Source of the DNA: Octopus vulgaris
Lineage: Eukaryota
DNA: 64,000 nucleotides
Assembly (NCBI GenBank): GCA_951406725.2
Contig: OX597831.1
Location: 40,610,001 to 40,674,000, forward strand
Reading direction: 5' to 3'
Shown here: positions 56,939-64,000 of the stretch, piece after piece
Layout of the letters: every line of letters begins with the position of its first letter
How positions within the stretch are numbered: position 1 is the stretch's first letter
The notes under the pieces: model-generated
The model's database searches: none
The model's input: the letters and a program-made list of their open reading frames with translations, nothing else
What the model was told of the DNA's origin: nothing
Made by a program: the position numbers and the translations under genes

Positions 56939-57344
56939 GGCGCAGGAGTGGCTGTGTGGTAAGTAGCTTGCTTACCAACCACACGGTTCCGGGTTCAGTC
57001 CCACTGCGTGGCATCTTGGCCAAGTGTCTTCTGCTATAGCCTCGGGCCGACCAATGTCTTGTGAGTGGATTTGGTAGACGGAAACTAAAAGAAGCCTGTC
57101 GTATATATGTATATATATATGTATGTGTGTGCATGTTTGTGTGTCTGTGTTTGTCCCCCTAGCATTGCTTGACAACCGATGCTGGTGTGTTTACGTCCCC
57201 GTCACTTAGCGGTTCGGCAAAAGAGACCGATAGAGTAAGTACTGGGCTTACAAAGAATAAGTCCCGGGGTCGATTTGCTCGACTAAAGGCGGTGCTCCAG
57301 CATGGCCGCAGTCAAATGACTGAAACAAGTGAAAGAGTAAAGAG
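56939..57344 (+). mobile_element. Full-length SINE family A (reference-like copy)
   Basis: tRNA-like head, short TA/TG linker, 3' half and (GAGTAAAA)-type tail. Confidence 0.95.
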
Positions 57345-57711
57345 ATTATGTTGAACACTGGGAATAAAAATATTAGCCTACATAGTCATATGCCTTGCGT
57401 TCCGGTAGATTTGCCCGCAAATGTGTTTGTTAATCATTGTTTCATTTCTTCCTCGAAGAACACCTTCACCTTTTAGACACAATCGATTCATTGATGCAAG
57501 GGAACTTTGAGACACCGGTGTTTTAAGCTTGTTATGTCTCTTCAGTGAAATTTACTTTGCGATAAATGAAACTAAACAAGAATGATGGTTTTGTTTTTTT
57601 TTTACTTCCAATAATTTTACAAAATCATACTTTCAAACAAGTTTCTCATTTTTAGAGAAAGAAGAAAAAAACTCAGATGGTTACGCTTAAATTCTTATCT
57701 TACGTCTTTTA

Positions 57712-58095
57712 TTTTTTACTTGTTTCAATCATTGGACTGCGACCATGCTGGATCACTGCCTTGAAGCTTTTAGTCGAGCAAATCGACCTTAGTATTTATT
57801 GTAAGGCGGGTACTTATTCTGTCGATTTCTTTTTCCTAACAGCTAAGTTATGGAGACGTACGCAAACCAACACAGGTCGTCAATCGGTGGGTGGAACAAA
57901 CACAGGTACAAACACATACATACTCACATATATACACGATGGGTTTCAATACAGTTTCCGTCTACCAAACTCACTCACAATGCAATGGTTGATTCGATAC
58001 TATAGCAGAGGACACATGCTTAGGGTATCGCACCGTGGGACTGAACTCAAAACCACGCGACTGAAAAGCGAGTTTTTTCACCACACAGCCATGTT
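57712..58095 (-). mobile_element. Diverged SINE family A
   Basis: Colinear, diverged reverse complement of 56939-57344. Confidence 0.8.
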
Positions 58096-59121
58096 CTTCG
58101 CTTAGATATTGGAAATTCATATTTTACTAGAATGAAAAGAGTTAATCAACTCTCCATAGATTTCACCTGATTACATTTTAAGGTGATGAGAAAAATGCAG
58201 GTATTTCATATTCAATTTCATTTACTTCACCTGTGAGAAGTTTATCGTTTTATTTATTTCGGAAACAAACATAAAAACCATAACATTACTATGTGGCTGA
58301 CTTTGGATATCTATAAATATCCAATTTGGTGTGAAGATTCGGCGATTGGTGATTTTATATTCGGTGTCTTTAGAGAGAAAGATATCAAAGAAAACCATTG
58401 ATTTTTTCTTCGTTCTATAAATTCTACATGAAGCTTTTCTGAGCAAGAAAATATGATTTTTTTTTTTTGTTATTTATTTAGCTTGTGGATATAACAGAAG
58501 TTCTGTAACAAGATAATGATCTCGAAGCTAACTAAGTCAGCAGACAAACGATAACTTATGTATTTTATTCATTAGTTCCCTGAACCAATAAAAGTAGCGT
58601 CAACGTGAGTGCTTCACTTACTAGAACGAACGGTTACTTCTCCAACTCACAGCTTAACGTCATAAGACAGGCGATACGTTATAGGAAATGTAATCTTACT
58701 TGCACAAAACGTAAAGTAAGACAGGATGGTCACGGTTGGAATACCTATGATCACTGAATGTGTGTGTAACGAAAGAGTTATGACTGTTTAAAGGCACTAC
58801 GGAGTTACGATATATCTTAAGTTGTTAGAGTGGAAATAAAGAATGTTATATCAGAAATATGAAAGTAACTTTAACAAAAGATTACATAACTGTTGCTTTG
58901 ATTTCATTTTTTCATCAGGAATATGAAAAAGAAAACCAATATCTTGTCAAGATATTATAGGATTTATAGAACGATGCCTTTCCTCTTACTTCGAGTCAAC
59001 GCTGTAATGAATCTGCCAATACATACATACATACATACATACATACATACATACATACATACATACATACATACATACATACATACATGCATACACACAT
59101 ATTTACGTACATACATATACA

Positions 59122-59165
<44 letters not shown>

Positions 59166-59177
59166 TATATATACACA

Positions 59178-59338
59178 TTTTTTATTTTCTCTCCTTGTTT
59201 CTTTCTGTGTTCCTTTCTGTGGAAGAGCGTAGGCTCGAAACGTTACAGACTTTTTCACTTCTCGATCGTTATACTAATACATCTGTTTGTTGTCTACACC
59301 GCCTGTGTTCATTTTTTGTTTATTCTTGTGAGTTCTCC

Positions 59339-59389
<51 letters not shown>

Positions 59390-59722
59390 CTGAATAAAGT
59401 TAAAACATGGTCTGGTTTTCAAGTTTTTTATTATGGTATTTTAACATTAAAAAATATGCTGTAATGCTCATAAAGTTAAGTTAGCGCTTTCATACGTAGT
59501 GTAATCATCAAGTTTCGTGACCGCGTGTGTATCGTTGGCGATTTTCATTCTCCGTTTTCCCTTCCTTGGACTTTTTCTTTTTTTCTATGTTTCTGACGAA
59601 GAGCTCCGTTCAAAACGTTCAATCCTCCTTCTTTCTTTCCTTTCATAAGCGTCCGATAACACTATACTTGTTCCATGTCCTTGCGTTGTTGTGTTTTCTC
59701 TTTGTTCATGTTTGGATTAACT
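59178..59722. mobile_element. Cluster of three different hammerhead-bearing pseudo-LTR fragments
   Basis: 59178-59340 (+, U6 family); 59387-59517 (-, family of 16638-17155); 59545-59722 (+, family of 3940-4115). Confidence 0.78.
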
Positions 59723-59732
59723 TTATATATAT

Positions 59733-59771
<39 letters not shown>

Positions 59772-59772
<1 letters not shown>

Positions 59773-60502
59773 TGGGTTGGCATCTAAGTTCCCGGCCTTT
59801 TTTTAAATTTTAGAATTTATTGCGTTTTTAAATCTTGGAATCTATTCGTTTCGAGAATTCTATTTTTGAATCATTTTGGAATCTTTTTTGTTTGTTTGTT
59901 TGTTTTTTCAGTTAATTTTACTTAATTTTAGTTTATTTTCAGATCATTAAAATGGAATGTCAAGTTAAGAAAAACGAGCGTTTTTGACACCTCCTTCTTT
60001 TTGCTTTTAGTCAAGGTTCTAAGACCGCAAAAGCTGCTCGCAACATTTGGGCTGTGTATGGAGAGGGTGTCATAGCTGAAAGAAATGCTCGTGATTGGTA
60101 TACCAAGTTCAAAAATTGAAATTTTGATTCAAAGACGCACCTCGTTCTAGCCGTCCAGTTGAGTTCGATGAAGAGCGATTAAACCAACTTTTATACGAAA
60201 ATTCTCGTCAAACGACAACGAAACTGGCAGAGAAAATGGAATGCTCCCACACTGCTATAGAGAAGCATCTTCACTCGATGGGAAAGGTTCAGAAGTATGG
60301 AGCATGGGTTCCGCATGCTTTAAGTGACACCAACAAAATCAACGAGCCAAAATCTCCGCTGGTTTGCTTGCTCGTCACCGATCAACTCATGGACACAAGC
60401 AACGATTTCTTTACCAAATTGTTACTGGCGACGAAAAATGGTGCCTGTACATCAATATGAAGCAGCGTAAGGAATAGCTCAACCACGGTAAACAAGCGAC
60501 AC
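59772..60502 (+). mobile_element. Mariner (mellifera-like) 5' half with transposase pseudogene
   Basis: TA followed by TIR-like TTGGGTTGGCATCTAAGT, ATG at 59952. PRSSRP, GAWVPHALS and IVTGDEKW motifs with stops and frameshifts. No 3' TIR seen. Confidence 0.9.
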
Positions 60503-60599
60503 ATTTGTGATGTAGTGGTGTTGTAAAATTTGACTTGTGCGTATTAATTTCCATTATGTCTTTTATATTGCATCAAATTTTTATGCATTTATTTGTAAG

Positions 60600-61828
60600 G
60601 TTAGTTAGTTAGTTAGTTAGTTAATTTGGCTCAAAAGCAAATAGCAAGGCCATGTAGGGGGACATGGAGTTAAGTACAGGGTGGTGTTCATGTAAAGAGT
60701 TCAGGCCACTTGAGGTCAAGGGAGGCTTTGAACAAAGCGGTCGTCGGCATCTTCACCATCTCGTCTGGCAGCTTGTTCCACGGATCCGCAACCCGGACGG
60801 AGAAAGCTCCTCTCCTTCGATTGAGATGAAATCGTCGCAGGTAGAGCTTTTCGGAATGACCCCGCAGCCGACGCTCTGGAGCAGGAGTGAAGAACAGCTC
60901 TTTCGAGAGGTTACACTTTCCGCTTATGATGTTGTGGGCGAGAATGAAATCACCACGGCGGCGGCGTTTTCTAGAGAATAAAGGTCGAGCGTCCTCAGCC
61001 TTTCTTCATAGGACAAATTTTTGAGACCATGAACCATGCGGGTAGCCAGCTTCTGGGCTCTTTCGAGATGCTGTATGTCTTTGAGGAGATAAGGAGAAGA
61101 GGCTTGAATCCCATACTCCAATATGGGTCTCACCAGCGTGACATAGAGTGGTAGGAATATGGCTGCTGGGAGCATTCCGAATGACCGTCGAATCAAGAAC
61201 AGAATTCCGCGTGCTTTGTTGGCAGCATGGACGCACTGGGCCGAAGGCGAAAAGGAGGAATCCACCAAGATACCCAGGTCCTTTACCTGATTGGTCCTCT
61301 CCAGCAGCAGACGACCCGGCTCGAAATCAAGTTGAGTTGCAAGAGGAGAGCCAACAGGCAGATGACAGCACTTTGACACGTTCAGACACAGGTCCCATTC
61401 GTTAGACCACCTCCAAATTTGGTGGAGGCATCGACGAAGATCCTCTATATCACCGCGAGGAGCGACCAGTTTGATATCGTCGGCAAATAGAAGGGTGTGT
61501 TGCGTGAGGTCGTCGGGCAAGTCATTTATGAAGACTAAGAACAATAAGGGCCCAAGCACTGAACCTTGAGGCACGCCACTGCTCGCACTGGAGACGTCGG
61601 ACCGCGAACCATTAACTTGGACTTGGAAGGAGCGATCTGAGAGGAAGGCACCAACCCATCGTACAATATCCGGATGGAAACTATATGCTTGAAGCTTGAC
61701 AAGTAATAGGCAGTGGTTTACCGAGTCAAAAGCTTTGGCAAAGTCCAATAAAACGATGTCAACAGCATCACTATCATCGAGGATGCGCGTCACCAATTCT
61801 TCCATTACCAATAAGTTGGTCAAGGAAA
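60600..61828 (-). mobile_element. 5'-truncated CR1-group LINE (RT domain, C-terminus, (TAAC)n tail)
   Basis: LDFAKAFDSVNH, SGVPQGSVLGPLLFLVFINDL, LFADDIKL, KDLGI, YVTLVRPILEY, LSYEERL. One frameshift near 60970, then RGH...FSVRV..PWNKLP. Confidence 0.95.
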
Positions 61829-61869
61829 TTATTAAAAACTGAAACCCATCAATGACTTTTGGGATACCG

Positions 61870-62026
61870 TGTATGGCTGTGTGGTAAGTAGCTTGCATAT
61901 CAACCACATGGTTCCGGGTTCAGTATTACTGTGTGGCACCTTTGCTAAGTGACTTCTGCTATAGCCGCGGGCCGACCAAAGCCTTGTGAGAGGATTAGGT
62001 ACACGGAAACTGAAAGAGGGCTGTCG

Positions 62027-62076
<50 letters not shown>

Positions 62077-62077
62077 T

Positions 62078-62131
<54 letters not shown>

Positions 62132-62750
62132 GTGTATTTCTTTATTGCCTTCAGGGGGCTAAATACAGAGGGGACGAACAAGAACAGGCAAAGGGATTAA
62201 GTCGATTATACCTACCCCAGTGCGTAACTGGTACTTATTTAATCGACCCCACAAGGATGAAAGGCAAAGTCGATGTCGGCGGAATTTGAACACAGAACGT
62301 AATGGCAGACGAAATAGCGCAAAGCATTTCGCCCGACTTGACAACCGATTTTGGGATGTTTATGTCCCCGTTATGTTCGGCAGAGGAGACCGATAGAATA
62401 CAAAGAATAAGGCCTCGGGTCGATTTGTTCCGCCTTGAATAATTTTTAGACGAAGGAATCGACGCCATTATTTCTTTTATCCTCGGCACCTCTTTTCTCT
62501 GTCCTTTTGCCGAACTGCTATTTTTCATGGACGTAAAGAAACGAATACCGGTGTGTCAAGTGGTGCTGGAGGACAAACACAGACACAAACACACGCACAT
62601 ACACACACAGAGTCGCACACAAACACACACACACATGGTTCCGGGTTCAGTCCTACTGCGTGCCACCTTCGGCAAGTGTCTTGTACTATAGCCTAAGGCC
62701 GACCAAAGCCTTGTGAGTGGTTTTGGTAGACGAAAACTTAAAGAAGCCGT
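61870..62750. mobile_element. Jumble of SINE A and SINE B pieces
   Basis: A head 61870-62030 (+), B 62135-62335 (-), A 3' half 62337-62432 (+), A piece 62500-62590 (-), A piece 62632-62750 (+). Confidence 0.8.
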
Positions 62751-62893
62751 GTATATATATAAAAACTTACTTGGAGAAAAGAAAGGAAAGAAACGAAATG
62801 ACGCGATGGCGCTCAGTCATTCAATAATTTAATAAATAAAATATGTGCATACATACATATATGTACGTACCTACATCTACATGTATATATACA

Positions 62894-62947
<54 letters not shown>

Positions 62948-63506
62948 AGTACAGGACACCACAAATAAACGTAGAACACAACGAGAAGCGAAAACATAAA
63001 AACAACAAGGAAACGGACTTTTTTTAACAACGAAAAAACAGAGTACAAGACAAATACAAGGAATATTCCCCTTAATCAGCTGTCCATGGATTGACTCAAT
63101 GCGTGTTTCGAAGGTAAGGACAGAACACGACCCGTCGATTCAATCCTTCCTGCAAAAGAATTAAAATAAAATTCCTTTGCAGAGGGGTAAAAACAAGGAA
63201 AGAAAAAAATGAGACAAGAACAGGACGTAAAAGCAATACAAATAAAATACAATTACAAATAAAATTACAAATACAAAATAAAAATACAAATACAAAAAAT
63301 ACAGTACACAAAGAATAAAAACAAGACCAAAAAAAAACCAACATTAAGGGCTGTTTTTAAGCCTAGACGATGGATAAATTCAGAGCGCAAAAAAAGCCAT
63401 GTTGGCTTGTAGAAAGCTGTCAGTGAAAGGAAGTAGGTAGTCGACTCGGCAGTGAGAGAGATGAGGAGGAGTAAGAGAGAGAGAGAGAGAGAGAGAGAGT
63501 GGAAAG

Positions 63507-63538
<32 letters not shown>

Positions 63539-63625
63539 TTAGATAAAACTTAGATATGTTTCGACCAGAGATTGGTCCAGGCCATGTCTAACTTAATAGC
63601 ACCACCTGATATATATATGTATGTA

Positions 63626-63661
<36 letters not shown>

Positions 63662-63699
63662 TGTATGTATGTATGTATGTATGTATGTATGTATGTATA

Positions 63700-63886
63700 T
63701 ATTTGTGTGTCTGTGTTTGTCCAGCCCCACAACATTGCTTGACAACCGATGCTGGTGTGTTTACGTCCCTGTCACTTAGCGGTTCGGAAATAGAGACAGA
63801 TAGAATAAGTGAGTGGAAAGAATAAGTCCTGGGGTCGATTTGGTCGACTAAAGGCGCTGCTCCAGCATGGCCGTAGTCAAATGACT
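63700..63886 (+). mobile_element. SINE family A 3' half
   Basis: Matches 57140-57322. Confidence 0.88.
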
Positions 63887-64000
63887 GTATATATATATAT
63901 ACACATATACATATACAGGTGATCACATAAGTGTAAAAAAAATGGGTGGGGGGAATAGTACTCGAATACCAAAGGTATATACTTTTTTTAAACCGGCAAA

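Noticed and set aside
60924-61907. 327-aa ORF as an intact gene
   Set aside because: Its N-terminus is read from adjacent SINE and flank sequence. It is a 5'-truncated, frameshifted CR1-group RT without endonuclease.
63538-63600. Hairpin GACCA-ATCTC-TGGTC-GAAACATATC on the minus strand resembling an HHR
   Set aside because: The 5' catalytic strand is absent, and the flanks pair as a simple extended stem.

Overview
Eukaryotic, AT-rich, extremely microsatellite-rich DNA that is intergenic or intronic. The SINE and microsatellite make-up suggests an octopus or other coleoid cephalopod; this is inferred from recalled repeat sequences and was not verified. Almost all entries in the ORF track are translated (TA)n, (CA)n, (AAT)n or (GATA)n arrays. 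No intact host gene, rRNA, CRISPR array or convincing tRNA gene is visible. The window is a nest of mobile elements: two mariner relics and a maT-like fragment; Penelope-like retroelements (PLEs) with many short pseudo-LTR fragments; L1/Tx1, CR1 and R4/Dong-like LINE pieces; and at least five tRNA-derived SINE families. The most notable signal is about a dozen hammerhead-ribozyme (HHR) motifs from about seven families. They include a fully paired one (3139-3187), one with a ~97-nt stem II (17636-17759), a four-copy family with a non-canonical U6 core, and a tRNA-headed SINE ending in a hammerhead (55313-55985). Also notable: a 2039-bp ORF1-only Tx1-like element with a 16-bp target-site duplication (TSD) inside a SINE head, an acidic 7-residue-repeat reading frame with one internal TGA (13049-13348), several long fold-back hairpins and a few candidate isolated exons. 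All alignments and folds were done by eye, and boundaries of degenerate elements are approximate.
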